Assembly (NCBI GenBank): GCA_051294375.1
Contig: JBJCIZ010000744.1
Span: 858,262-922,261, forward strand
Reading direction: 5' to 3'
DNA length: 64,000 nt
DNA from: Paraspadella gotoi
Lineage: Eukaryota; Animalia; Chaetognatha
In this document: positions 39,192 through 53,200 of the stretch, piece after piece
How the letters are laid out: each line of letters opens with the position of its first letter
Numbering within the stretch: position 1 is the stretch's first letter
Translations under genes and position numbers: made by a program
The notes under the pieces: model-generated
What the model was told of the DNA's origin: nothing
What the model saw: the letters and a program-made list of their open reading frames with translations, nothing else
The model's database searches: none

Positions 39192-39690
39192 TGAGGGGAA
39201 TCTATTCATAGAATTAAATCACATTAAATGCAAGACAAAAACATCATTATTATTCGCTTTGAAAACGACTGCCTTATAAGGAGATGGCGCGGCACATCTG
39301 TCAATTAGAAAAAAAGGCAGAACTATTTATCTGATGAGTATGTTATGACTTTCCGTCGTGATCGGTGGCAAATTGAGTAAAGCCATCAGCTCATGACCAA
39401 TAGGTACCGGGTTCAATCCCAACCCGATAGTTACCCCAGCGGGAATCGTGAGGACGGTCCAAACCGTTTTTGGTAGGCCTGGTTACAAGCCCAGGATCCG
39501 TTCCATGGTTGCTAGAGGGGTGTAAAAGAACTTGCGGATAGCAGTCTTCAGCCCCACTTAGCGCCTTATCCACATAACTAAATTTAATATTTCTATGTAT
39601 AATATATATATTATATCTGTTACGGTTGTAACAATTTGCAACAGGTTGCTAAGAAAAAATCTAACATTCAAAAATGCGTTTAAAATTTAA
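29720..39690 (+). repeat. ~10 kb duplicate of about 4070-13648
   Basis: Colinear over its whole length; heavy insertion-type noise at 29.7-33.9 kb fades to near identity after about 34 kb. Confidence 0.9.
31360..34521 (-). pseudogene. Second, heavily frameshifted copy of the HEPN-NACHT gene (pseudogene or unpolished allele)
   Basis: ORF fragments 33929-34390, 33964-34230 and 33109-33309 (KQKRVVIAAGGGRGKT) match the 6216-8576 protein. The RNKHAH codons are retained near 33840-33857. Confidence 0.75.
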
Positions 39691-40956
39691 CATTTTTTGG
39701 AAAAAAATATCCTTAGCCATGTATAAATATCATATCAATTCGATTCACTTTTGCTTTGACCAGCGAGGATAGAAATATGGCTCTTAGTACTTTTAGTACC
39801 ATTTAAAATACATTCTATTTGAAAAAGTTAATAATATTTATATCAAGTGAAAGCTTTTTAAAAGTTTTAAAAAATTGAATAAGATGACACGTATACCATT
39901 TTGGTAGTTTTAAAACTGACTTCTCAGGACCTTGGTAAAAAAATTTGACTATCTATTTAACATTATTAAGATATTAAGTAAACTTTCGTAATTTTTTTTT
40001 TCAGTGCTTCTTTTGGCACTTATCATATATATTATATGAATTGGTACAACCAATATAAAATTATCCATTCATTTAATAAATAAGCTATCTTGCCCCTGGC
40101 TTTGGTGGTTTAAGGCCTCCATCACTCTTACAAGATAATGACATAGCAGGTCCCTGCAAGCTTTCAATCAAGACTCTCTCACAGTCTCGTTTATTCACTC
40201 CCAGAGTTCAGAGTACCTATGAAATTGGTACAACCAATATGTAGTGAAATTATTATTGCTTATCCGAGCAATGAATTGGGAAAGCTGAATTTTATCGGTT
40301 TTATTTCAGACGTCTTTCTAGTATAAAATTGGCTAAATTATAATTATAAATAAAAGCGTGAATATCTTGGGTACGGATATCTCTTTTTGAAAATTGAAAC
40401 TATGTTTTCGAAAGAGGAATTTTTTTATTGGCGGGTTTCAAATTTTAACCATTTAACAATTTCCCATCAATGAAGTTGCATAAGTTTCAAAGAATGTTTC
40501 AATTGTATGAAAAGAAACAAATCCTTAATGTATAAATTTTCGTTTTAGCAGGTGCTCAATAAAAATTTCTTCCCTATCCTACTTAATAAGTAGTACTTAT
40601 GTACTTCACCACTGCAAATAGTATGGAAATATATTTGGCGAAAAAACTAATGCATTTAGTAAATCTCAATAAATCTCATCTCAATCATTCAACTATATAA
40701 ACTAGTCTAAAGCAAAAAAAAAAAAAATCAAAAATTCAAAAAGGAACAGAAAAGTATATTTAATAGTAAAATGTCAAAATTACTGCATTCTGGTAGTTTT
40801 CAATTTTAGTACAATACAAGTGGATAATAATACTTATAACTAGTATAAGTAAAAGAAAATTACTATTTGAACAAACGAGCAAAATCTCTAAAATTTCAAA
40901 AATTTCTGAACTAACTTTTGTTTCAAGCAACCAACAAAGCTAAAAAAATGTAAGTA

Positions 40957-41216
40957 TCAAATCAGTTGGATAATCTCCTCTTTTAAATCACCTCCTTTCC
41001 TCTCTCTCTCTCTCTCTCCTCTTCCTTCTCTCTCTCTCCTCTCTCCGCTCTTTCTCTCTCTCTCTATCTCCAACTCGATTCCAAACTTTTGCTCCCAAAT
41101 TTTCGCGATTTCTTCGAGAAAAGATTCACGCGAATTCAAAGTTTCGAATCCAAGAACGACGGGTTCTGATTGGTCGAAAAGAGAAAGGCGAAGACCAATC
41201 AGCGACGAGCACACAC
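40957..41216 (-). CDS. STK11IP: STK11IP terminal exon
   Basis: Acceptor ttcctctcag, then VCSSLIGLRLSLFDQSEPVVLGFETLNSRESFLEEIAKIWEQKFGIEL...IIQLI and stop. Confidence 0.8.
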
Positions 41217-44200
41217 CTGAGAGGAAATAAAAAAAACCTTATATTTTGAACCAAAGTCAAGGGCAAGAAGCTTATTTATTGAATGAAAGGATAATTTTTA
41301 TATTGGTGATACAAATTTCCTAATTAGATTATTCAAACTATCTTTAGATCAGTTCCTCTATACTAATCCTCACATTTTCCCCAAGCCGTTTCCCTAATTT
41401 CTCCTATTTAACTTTTCTCCCCCTCCTCGCCTCCTTCGTTCCATGATCTTACTTTTCTGCCTCACTTTCCCTTTCCCTCTGCTTCCTCTTCCTCCCAACA
41501 ATTTTCCTCTTCCTCCTCCTTCCCCCGGTCTTCCTCTCTCCCAAAAATTTTCCTCTTCCTCCCAACAAATTTCCTCTTCCCCTTCTCCTCTGTCTTCCGC
41601 CCAACAATTTTCCTCTTCCCTTCCCCTCTGTCTTCCTCTTCCTCCCAACAATTTTCCTCTTCCTCCTCCCCTTCCCCCCGGTCTTCCTCTTCCTCCCAAA
41701 AATTTTCCTCTTCCTCCCAACAATTTTCCTCTTCCTCCTCTTCTTCCCCCCGGTGCTTCCTCTTCCCTCCTCCCAACAATTTTCCTCTTTCCTCCTCCCC
41801 TTCCCCTCTGTCTTCCTCTTCCTCTCAAAATTTTTCCTCTTCTTCCTCCCCTTCCCCCTGGTCTTCTCTTCATCCCAACAATTTTCCTCTTCCTCCTCCC
41901 TTTCCCTTGATCTTCCTCTTCATCCCAACAATTTTCCTCTTCTCCTCCCCTTCCCCCGGTCTTCCTCCTTCCTCCTCCCTTAGATCTTCTCTTCTAATTT
42001 TCCTCTTCCTCCTCCCCTTTCCCTTGATCTTCCTCTTCCTCCAACAATTTTCCCTCTTTCTTCCCTCTCCCCTTCCTCACCGTCTTTCTCTTCCTCCCCG
42101 TCTCGACGCTGGCGACTTCGACAACTCCGATTCGTCGTCGACGACGAACTGCGGCGCTGACGCGACTTCCTGCGGCGGAGGCTGCGCCGAGAGGCGGGGG
42201 AAGGGACGGTGGAAATTCTCGTGGAGGAGGAAGAGATCCCGGCGGAGAGGACGAGCGTGACGGGGGAAGGAGGAGAGGGAGAGGAAGAGGAGGAGGAAAG
42301 ATCGAAAGCGAGGAAATAATGAAAGGGAAATCCATTGTCGTCGATGTCGTTGTTGATGTCATCATCGGGATCTGAAAAAATAATATTTGTAAAAAAATTA
42401 GATATGAAAATTGATCAGTTCTCTTATCAGGTAATATTACAATCATAATTTAATAATAATAATAATTTTATAATAAGGGTTATAACAAAGTCACTGTAAA
42501 CTCATTAAGAACTAATTTTATAATCGTTATTCCATTGGAGATTTAAATTCACCTTGGTCGCCTCTGATTGGTCCCCTTTTATCCTCATCCTCTTCCTCCT
42601 CTCTCCTCCTCTTCCTTCTCCCTATGGCTTCGCCCAGATTCGCCACAGAAATCGGATTTTGCTTTTTCCGATATCGATTCGAGTTGACTTAAGGGAGACG
42701 AAGCGACTTTTTTAACCTGAATTTAATTGATTTTTACATTTTTAAAAAAACTTTTTCCAAATTTTTATCCAATCAAGAATTGAGAATTACCTGATCGATT
42801 AAACCTCTAATGTATCGAAGGCATCGCTCGACGTCCCTGAATCAAAAATTTTAATCCATTAACTATATAAACCTATATATGAATTTTCAATATTCAAAAT
42901 TGTTTAACGAAACAAAGCATGAAAATTATTTTCATTAAATTGAATTTAAATTATAACAAATAAAAAGACGAATCTTTCCACTCAAAACATCAAAAAATTA
43001 AAAGACTAAATTTTAAACTTTCTTTAAACGGTAAAAAAAGAGCCACCTAATTATGACCCGTAAGATGGACCCGGCGGCAAACTCCAACCGGAAGGAAACG
43101 CGACCCAAACCCCAATCTATGAAGGCCAATCGAGTGAGAAGTTGTTCGTCCATCAGAGAAAGCCAAGAGTCGGTTGGCCTGGGAGAAGATAAAAGAGAAG
43201 AGAGTCGTGAATAGGGAACTCGTTACTTCACTAAAATTATTTTATCTTCGTAGAAAGAGTCAATGGATTTGTACTTCTCTAATCTCTCCTAATCTAATCT
43301 CTATTCTCTACTAACTTTCACCAATTTATTCATCATCTTTATTTTTCAAAAATCAAACTAAAAGGAAAAAGAAGAACTGACCCTGGATTTTGTCTTTCGT
43401 GATTTTAAGGAAATAAATTCTGGTGGTTGAGACGACGACTAACGCGGGAGCNNNNNNNNNNNNNNNNNNNNNNNNNTCATCCTCTTCCTCCTCTCTCCTC
43501 CTCTTCCTTCTCCCTATGGCTTCGCCCAGATTCGCCACAGAAATCGGATTTTGCTTTTTCGATATCGATTCGAGTTGACTTAAGGGAGACGAAGCGACTT
43601 TTTTAACCTGAATTTAATTGATTTTTACATTTTTAAAAAAAATAATTTTATCCAATCAAGAATTGAGAATTACCTGATCGATTAAACCTCTAATGTATCG
43701 AAGGCATCGCTCGACGTCCCTGAATCAAAAATTTAATCCATTAACTATATAAACCTATATATGAATTTTCAATATTCAAAATTGTTTAACGAAACAAAGC
43801 ATGAAAATTATTTTCATTAAATTGAATTTAAATTATAACAAATAAAAAGACGAATCTTTCCACTCAAAACATCAAAAAATTAAAAGACTAAATTTTAAAC
43901 TTTCTTTAAACGGTAAAAAAAGAGCCACCTAATTATGACCCGTAAGATGGACCCGGGGCGGCAAACTCCAACCGGAAGGAAACGCGACCCAAACCCCAAT
44001 CTATGAAGGCCAATCGAGTGAGAAGTTGTTCGTCCATCAGAGAAAGCCAAGAGTCGGTTGGCCTGGGAGAAGATAAAAGAGAAGAGAGTCGTGAATAGGG
44101 AACTCGTTACTTCACTAAAATTATTTTATCTTCGTAGAAAGAGTCAATGGATTTGTACTTCTCTAATCTCTCCTAATCTAATCTCTATTCTCTACTACTT

Positions 44201-47200
44201 TCACCAATTTATTCATCATCTTTATTTTTCAAAAATCAAACTAAAAGGAAAAAGAAGAACTGACCCTGGATTTTGTCTTTCGTGATTTTAAGGAAATAAA
44301 TTCTGGTGGTTGAGACGACGACTAACGCGGGAGTGAAGGCAAAGACATTCTCCTCGCCTGATGAAATGAAACAATGAAAATTAAAATCAAGCAATCGAAA
44401 AAAGATCAATTTTCTCCATCTCTCAACTTAACCCTTCTATTATATTATTATATTATATTATACAACGTCCGCTCTCAACACAGACCGTCCCTCCCCCTTT
44501 CTCACCTCCTTTCCTCCCCAATTCTCCATTCTTCACAACGTCCGCTCTCAACACAGACACGAAATCTTCTTCGTCGCCGAAAAGAATCAAATCGAAGAAA
44601 GACGAAGTCGATGATCGACGATCGAAAAGTCGGAGAAAGAGAAGGAGTAGGCTCGCGAGTCTCCCTCGCCACTTTCCCTCTTTCCTCGCGTCTCTCCCTC
44701 AATCTCTTCCCCTACTTCCTCTCTCCTCCCTCCCTTCTTCTCCGGCGAAGAGACGGCGTCGACGTAACGGGAGTCGAACGTGGAGGCGGAGGAAGGAGAA
44801 GGAAAGGAGGAGGAAGAGGAGGCGCCGAGGCTGGAGGCGATCACCGAAGCAGCCATGTTCTGGAACACTGTGCACAGGAGGGAGGGGAAGGGGATAACTG
44901 GATCGCTCTGGTTTTCTTAAAAGAGATTATTATTATTATTACTATTATTATTTTACTATTATTAAAAGAATATTATTATTATTTTCTTAAGAGATTATAA
45001 CTATTATTATTATTACTATTATTACTATTATTATTATTACTATTCAAAAAGAGTGAAGGCAAAGACATTCTCCTCGCCTGATGAAATGAAACAATGAAAA
45101 TTAAAATCAAGCAATCGAAAAAAGATCAATTTTCTCCATCTCTCAACTTAACCCTTCTATTATATTATTATATTATATTATACAACGTCCGCTCTCAACA
45201 CAGACCGTCCCTCCCCCTTTCTCACCTCCTTTCCTCCCCAATTCTCCATTCTTCACAACGTCCGCTCTCAACACAGACACGAAATCTTCTTCGTCGCCGA
45301 AAAGAATCAAATCGAAGAAAAGACGAAGTCGATGATCGACGATCGAAAAGTCGGAGAAAGAGAAGGAGTAGGCTCGCGAGTCTCCCTCGCCACTTTCCCT
45401 CTTTCCTCGCGTCTCTCCCTCAATCTCTTCCCCTACTTCCTCTCTCCTCCCTCCCTTCTTCTCCGGCGAAGAGACGGCGTCGACGTAACGGGAGTCGAGC
45501 GTGGAGGCGGAGGAAGGAGAAGGAAAGGAGGAGGAAGAGGAGGCGCCGAGGCTGGAGGCGATCACCGAAGCAGCCATGTTCTGGAACACTGTGCACAGGA
45601 GGGAGGGGAAGGGGATAACTGGATCGCTCTGGTTTTCTTAAAAGAGATTATTATTATTATTACTATTATTATTTTACTATTATTAAAAGAATATTATTAT
45701 TATTTTCTTAAGAGATTATAACTATTATTATTATTACTATTATTACTATTATTATTATTACTATTCAAAAAGACTATTCAAAACTATCTTTGGATCTTTG
45801 ATTTTAAACTGGATTTATTCTCAATATCAAACTCATTTTCCCTCCTCCTCCTCTTCTTCCTCCTCCTCTTCCTCCTCCTCCTCTTCTTCCTCCTCCTAAT
45901 CTTCTTCCTCCTCCTACCATATAGAGCTAAACCCTGTTTGAGAGTGTGATTCGACTACCTCCAACTGGTCGATGATATCATGACTGATGTATTCACGCCT
46001 CTCTGCGTCATTTGGTATTAAATACACTCCTCTACTTTTTGAGAGGCATCTTTCTCCTCCCTCACTCCTACTCTCTCTATCTCCTCTTTACTGTTCTATC
46101 ATTTATTATGTTTTTCCGGGATTTCCAAATAATTAATTCTATATACTGTTGCAGATAAGAGAATGATGATTTTTCTTTTCAACAGTGTGGAATCACATTA
46201 GAAATGTAAATTTCAATCCGCTGAGAGAAAGAAAAAGATTTGATCTCGTATGAGTAAAACATGTCCAAGCTCTCGCTACCCAACTGATAAGTCTTAGTGA
46301 GCAATAGTAAATCTCTTTTCACAATGAATTCAATTCCTCAAAATCATATTCGAAATCATGATTTCATAGAATAAAACATTGAATGAATTCATTGCAGAGG
46401 TTAAAGTTTGTGGCAATTAATTGATGGGAGGATGTATTCTCTCGATGAATCCAAACATGATTCATTTGATAGGTAAAATATTTCTTCTGCTTTGAGTGTA
46501 AAATACTTATACTGTTACGTTATGGTTAGATTGAAAAGGATAGATTATCCGTCTCAATGAATTCAAATTTCAAAATAATGTAGAAAGAAACATGATTCCC
46601 CTTAGTTCTGAGCTTAGTGTCAACTGAAATAATAAATAAAATAAATAAAATAAAATAAATAAAATAAATTATTCCTGGAATATTATAAGTTAGACAATGC
46701 AACATTTTGTTCATTTGTTTTTTTCATTTAGTTAGTTTAAAATTACAATCTCGTTTAGAAATTTGTGCCAGGTCCGCTTGTAAACATTTTTTATTGGGGT
46801 TTGAAAAGGGGTATTTTTTTCTCTTTTTGACGAATTCAAAATGCCATATCTCGGCCTTGGATTATCTAATTTACAAAAATTTATATATTTAGAATCCTTG
46901 TCTTAACCTTGTCTTAACCTCTTTTTATAATAATAAAAAAATTGAAATTTGATAAAGTATTAATAAATACCTTTTTTAAAGTAATATCTTAAAAATAATA
47001 TCAATTTGAAAAATAAAGTTAAAAATTTTCCAAAATAAGCTTAAGTTAAAGCTATACAATGTAATGTTATGCACTTAAAACATAAAAAAATACTATTACC
47101 TAGTAAGGAGAAATTTAGTAAAGTAGAAAAATCTTTAATCCCGAATTTGACAAGTATTCAGTGAATGTAGTGAGTGAAAAATATTTTTAATACTTTTCCG

Positions 47201-50200
47201 TTATTGGAGTACGTGAATCCTTAGTATTAAAATTCCTGAATATTTTTTTTTCCCTGAATCTAAATTAAGAGGTTGTCTTCTTTCTTTGTGAATAACTTTA
47301 GAGTGTGAATTCATAAGAATGAATTCATTTCATTTCGGTTTAAAAGTTTCAATTTATTAAGTAGTTGTTATTCTTTTGTGAATACTTAGTGTATGAATTC
47401 ATGAGTATAAATTCATAAGAATGAATTCCCATTTCATTTCGGTTAATGTGCCATTTTTTTAAAGTTTTTATTATTAAGTAGTCATTATTCTTTGTGAATA
47501 CTTAGAGTGTGAATTCAAAAGAATGAATTCATTTCATTTCGGTTTAAAAGTTTCAATTATTAAGGAAGGACCACAACAACATTGACCACAACAACGACAT
47601 GAACAGACCGGCCTTGGTTATCGACGCAGCAGACGAAAATCCTTCCACGAAAGAACCCGATGGAGTCTTAAGGCTTCCGCTGCCGACGGAGGCGTCGAGA
47701 CTGGAGGCGGCTGCGGCGGCGGGAATCGGCGCTGTAGCGGCGGGCGTTGATCGCGCGAGCGGCGCCTCAATTCTCGGCGTGGAAGAGAAGGCGGCGTCGT
47801 GTTCGTCTTCCACGACCGTGATGCTTCCGCTGCTCGACGTGTATTTCGAGTCTTTGAGCGAATTGTCTTGAGATCAAAAGTAAGAAAGATGTTAACGTAG
47901 CAGATTTTGTGAATTATTTTCAAATGAGATGTTTGTCTTTTTTTTTCCCCCCTTTCATCTTTACAAATTTAAGATTTAAGATTTAAGATTTAAGATTTAA
48001 GATTCAGCTCTCCCCGCCCTCCCCGTCTTTTCTTTTTTTTCTTCAATTCTTTTCAATTCTTTTCATCCTCTTCTTTCCCCCCCTCTCCCCCTTTTCCCAA
48101 CTCCCTCCCCCTCACCTCGACTCCCACCCTCCATCGCCACGGGTGAACTTAAAAAGAAGTTGATTCCTTTCGTCGGGAACGAATCGGCAGCGGCAGCGGC
48201 GAAGGACGGCGACGAGGCGGCGGCTGCGGCGAAGGACGGCGACGACGCGGCGGCTGCGGCGAGATCGGCAGCCTCCTGACGCGGAGAGAGGACGGCGATG
48301 GAACCGTCGCTTTGTGCAGAGGAGAGTTTAGCTGGAGAAAGAGGGAAGGCGATTTTGAATTAAGTCAATAATTATACAAAGATAATAAATGACAAAATAA
48401 AGACGCCACAAAAACGCAATATCGACGGAATGGAACTTGCGACGTGATTGGTCGTCCTCTTAGCGAATCATCTGAAAACCGACGAATCACAGACCGACCA
48501 ATGACCGACAAAGAGAGATTAAGGGGTCGACGGCCGGGATTGCCGTGGGATCTCAACAACTCTCTCTCAACATCCAACCTCCAAAAAGACACAAAAAAAA
48601 AAAAACAATCCTCTGAGGGAAGTCGTTAGGACTGTGGATGGAACAGTATGTGTGTTCCCCCTCTGAGCCAATGGATTTGGCTGAAGGGTGGTGGACGTGA
48701 GACGGTGTGAATTTACCGCCACACCTCCATCAAACTTATTCAAATAATAATTAAAAATTGATTATTTTCACTGTCTGTCATCACTTGACTTAATTTGAAT
48801 AATATGCTCGGTTATTGTCAATCTTCACTCATTACACTAATTACACTTATTACCCTCCGTTAACTGATCAACCGTCAACAATGTAAACAAATAATAGGCA
48901 ACAGACGGGATTCGAACCTTGGTCCTTGGGAGATTCTCGTTGCCTCCACTCCACTCGAGCCACTTCTTCACTCAATTCCGACTCCGCTAGAGTCCGTCTC
49001 TGCTCCCCCCGCTGCTGCTCCTCTCGCTGCTCCAGCGCCAACTCGGCGGCGGCTTCGGCTCCGTCGGAGGCCGACTCCACTTCCACGACGAGTGGACTTC
49101 GACAGGAGGGACAAGGAGGAGGAGGAGGAGCGGAAAGGGAGGAGGAGGAGGTGGAAGTGAGACGAGGGAATTCGTGGGAACATCTGAGGGGGGGGGAAGT
49201 TTAAGTTAGGATGTTAATTATCATTATTAATGCTAATTAATATTCGAATGAAATTGTTAGAAAATACGATCACCTTTCGAAAAAAAAAAAAACCACCTCA
49301 TGGATAAAAATCTTTCTCGCAGACCAAATAGAGAAGCCAGGATGTTTAATTCAGAGATTACAAATTGAAAAACTTACTTGGAGGGAAAACATTTATGGTA
49401 ATTAATAAATATTATTTCAAAAAGAAAAAAGTAAATATTAATTTTATAATTTTATTTCAAAAATATAATAAAAAGGTTACCCTCAAAATGAAACAAATAA
49501 GAAAGTGTGCAAAATTTTTTTTTAAATTTATATTCTAGATAAGAAGAAGCGGGAAAGTAGACTGTGGTCCGCCGAAGAATGAATATCACTCGAAATGTAG
49601 TCGGGCATTGCAATAAGTTCACCCCTTCCATAAGCATGACGCCTTCAGTCGTGACCCGGTGGCTCATTGAGTAATACCATCAGCTCAGGATCATGAGGTA
49701 CCGGGAACGATCCCCAATGGAAAACCCTCAAGCCTGGATCCAAGCCCAAGCCCAAGCCCAAGCCTATGCCCAAGCCCAAGACCCATTGCTGCTGAGGGGG
49801 CACAGAAGATACGGATAGCTACTTAACTTACTATGTCGCCTTTCAATGATCACTTTGAAAGTTTGTTTTTCTCAGTCGTAATTTTAATTCCGTAATCTTA
49901 AATTTATATGCTAATTTGCATATTACAGTTGGTACATAGTTCATAATATGAAGGCAGATAGAGGGATGAGTATATTTCACTGGATTACCCCATTTCTCTT
50001 CCCCATTCTCGCTCGAGACACCTTTTCTTCTTCCTCTTCCGCCTCTTTTCCTCCCTTTCCCTTCCTCCTCATCGAGCGACGACAGAAGGAGCAAAGAGAG
50101 AGATTTTAGTTCTGTCTTGGGTTCTACTTCTACTAATATACTTTTTTTGCCTATTTTTTTGGACTTTTCCTTTGACTTTACTCATAGAGAGATAGAGATG

Positions 50201-53200
50201 ATGATCTTGATGATGAGAAGCTATTTCTAAATTTTCAACTTCCTACAGGAAATGGATTGATCAAGTAGCTTGTTTCGCTTGTCTTTTCCTTTCACTGCTA
50301 CAAATTGTAAAAAAAAAACCAGACAACGATGACGACAGACGGCCCTAGGGTCAGGCCCGTCTGGCGAGATAAGACACAAGACGGTTGACCAATGACCCAA
50401 CTGACAAAAACCGACAAAAAAAGAGCCACAATGACAAAATCCCACTAAACCTGAGGCAATGAAGGATCGAAGTTGAAAAGGCCTTCCGTCGATTGAGCGC
50501 CACGAAGGCGTCACAGGCGTCGGCTGCTTCTCCTGCTGCGGCTGCGTCTTCGAACCAGAATCGACGAAGACGTCGATCTTTGCGGACGTAGTCGAGGTGG
50601 AGGGCGAGGGATGGGTGGGGGTGGAGATGGGGGGACTAAGAAGAGGTGGGGTAGGGAGGGAAGGTATTCACAGTGTGCAATATTTAAAATATTATTACAC
50701 CACAGTTAATTAGTAATTAGTAGGTAGTAGTAGGTAGTAAATAGTCAATAATAGAGTGGGTAATTAATAAACTAGACAGTGAATCTTGAGAGCAAGTAAT
50801 GTTAGGGTGGAACGATGAATAGATTCAGACATGTTACAGTATTTATTTGCTGCGTCTGTATATGAAACTGATAAAAGGAAGCCTTTTATAACATTTTTGA
50901 GCGCAACAATAACAGAAATTAAGTTTTCTTTATAGCAATAATAAAAATTTTACTATTATATAAGGATATTACTATAAATATATTGTATTTTATAATACTA
51001 TTCCCCAAACAAAATTAGCTAAATATTTTTTTTACTCGATAATCACACTATCTCACATCTAAATAATCTTGTTGGTTCACTCAAATAAAATTTTAGTTCC
51101 CGAGAGCTCCAGTCTAGTAGAAAATGCACTCACAATTTTGCTCTGTTGATTTTTATCCAAGGCCAACTTTTTCTCTTCTTTGTCTTCCGTTTTCTCCAAT
51201 TTAAGTAGACAACTCGTGTCGAGTTCCTGAGATCAAATGAAGATCATTTTTATTTTTATTCTTTTCTTACATTTCAAATTTATTGTCTCACACTTTTTAT
51301 TTCTTATTTCTTTCTCTTTCTTTCTATTCATTCCCTTTTCTTTCAGTAATTTTCATGTACATTTATATGTATATTTATTATTTCTTCTTCCCATCGCTTG
51401 ATCATTAACCAATTAATTCTTTACCTTAGATCCGAGCCTATGTTTTATTTGTATTTAATCTTTCCTCCATTTTCTCTCAATATTTCCCCCTCCCTTACTT
51501 CTTCCTTTTTTTCTATTCACCTTTCTTCCTTTTATCCCTCCCTTTTCTTTCCCCCTTCCTTTTTCTCACCGTTTCCTATTCCACTTTTTCTCCCTTCCTG
51601 TTTCTTCATTTCCCTTTTTTCCTTCCTTCACCTCAACGATTCTTCCGTCTAAATCCTTGACGAGGATGTATTTCCTCGTCAAAGACAAAAATCGAAGACC
51701 CATTGAATCCTCGTCCTCGTCGTAGTCATCTTTATTGTCGTCGTCGTCGTCATCGTTCGCCGAACAGAAAGGACATCGATCGCTGAGAAACAAAATTGAC
51801 AATGAAGCCGCTTTTTTTTCCCCGATCGGCTTCACGGATCAATTTTGAAATATCTTTAAACTCACCCGATTGGCTCACGATCGGAGACGATGAAAGAGTG
51901 AAGTTCGACGCCGTAATCTTTCACACTCGTCATCGTCCTACGCTTCTGATTCTTCTCCTTCTCCTCTTCTTTCTCAACGCTTCCTTTTTCCTTCGCTTCG
52001 GCCTCTGATTGGTCGTCCTTCTCCACGGCTTCTGACCAATCAACGACCGAGGACGGCGTCCCGAAAACGGAGGAATCTTCAACAAAGAATATTAAAGAGG
52101 AAAAGATAAAGAAAATGAGTTCGAGGTATTGCGTTGTGGTAAATGTACACCTGTACAAGTGTACTGAGTAACGTGACTGATGGTGCAAAAGTGAAACATA
52201 TATAGAAGAAAAAAGAGAGAGAGAAGTCAAGTCGCTACAGAGCTCAACTCGTTTTTTAGACGAATCAGAAGAGGTAGCAAAAAAAGGAAGAGAGAACGAC
52301 ATATAATTTTTAAAAAAATTCCTATACTATGTATATGCAAATTTGCATAGTAGAGTTGGTCATAATTCAAACCAAAAATACTTGAATCCATATATTTTAA
52401 AAGATCTTGATGATACGAAACTATATCTAAATTTTTATCTTCCTACAAATTGTAAAAGAGCGTGACGACGACGACGACAACGACGTCACTATGAAGCAAT
52501 AGTAAACCATTATTTCACCCAAGACGGGCCAAGGCCAAGGCCAAGGCCAAGGCCAAGGCCAAGGCCAAGGCCCGTCTGGCGAGATAAAAATGTCCATCCA
52601 CGGATGTAGTAGAAATAGCTCGAATGAGATCGAGTTCTTTAATCTCATTTACATATTGTAGCAATTTAAATTATTTCTCATAGCTCTTGAGACACCGACC
52701 TAACTTTTGCTTGGACGTAACTCCATTGACGCCGGCACTGACGACGCCCCCGCCGCTTCCCTTTGGCGGCGTCGCAGAGAGAGAGGCGTCGCCCTGCAAG
52801 AGCGCTGGCCATTGACGGAGCCAATCGTGACCGCGGGAAAGACGAAGCTCTGCAACTTTGGCCTTCATGGTGGAGATCTCTTCCGGCTGGGTTGAGTGAG
52901 GATAGGGGGAAGGGGGAGGGGGAAGGTAGAAAGAAAAAGGGAGAAAGAAGAAAGGGGACGAAAAAAAGGGAAAAAAAGGAGGGAAAAAGTCGAGGGAAAG
53001 ATGGAGGAAGGGAGAGGGAGGAAGAAAAGTGAGTAAGGGGGAAGAAAAAAAGGGAAAAAAAGGAGGGAAAAAGTCGAGGGAGAGATGAGAAGCGGAGGGA
53101 GGAAGGGAGAGAGAGGAAGAGGGGGAGAGCAGAGAGGCGAGGAAATGAGTGAGGAATATCGAACGAAAAAAGATAAACTGTGGCGAATCCTAAATTCGCC

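Noticed and set aside
47553-47813. Separate gene ending in a GPI-anchor-like hydrophobic tail (GLFMSLLWSMLLWSFLNN*)
   Set aside because: A phase-1 donor near 47610 (gccg|gtctgt) splices in frame to the 45588 STK11IP exon, so the tail is intron read-through.
49843-50130. Possible STK11IP exon
   Set aside because: The 50451 donor joins 49183 directly to rebuild CLRCSHEF, and no good acceptor is present.
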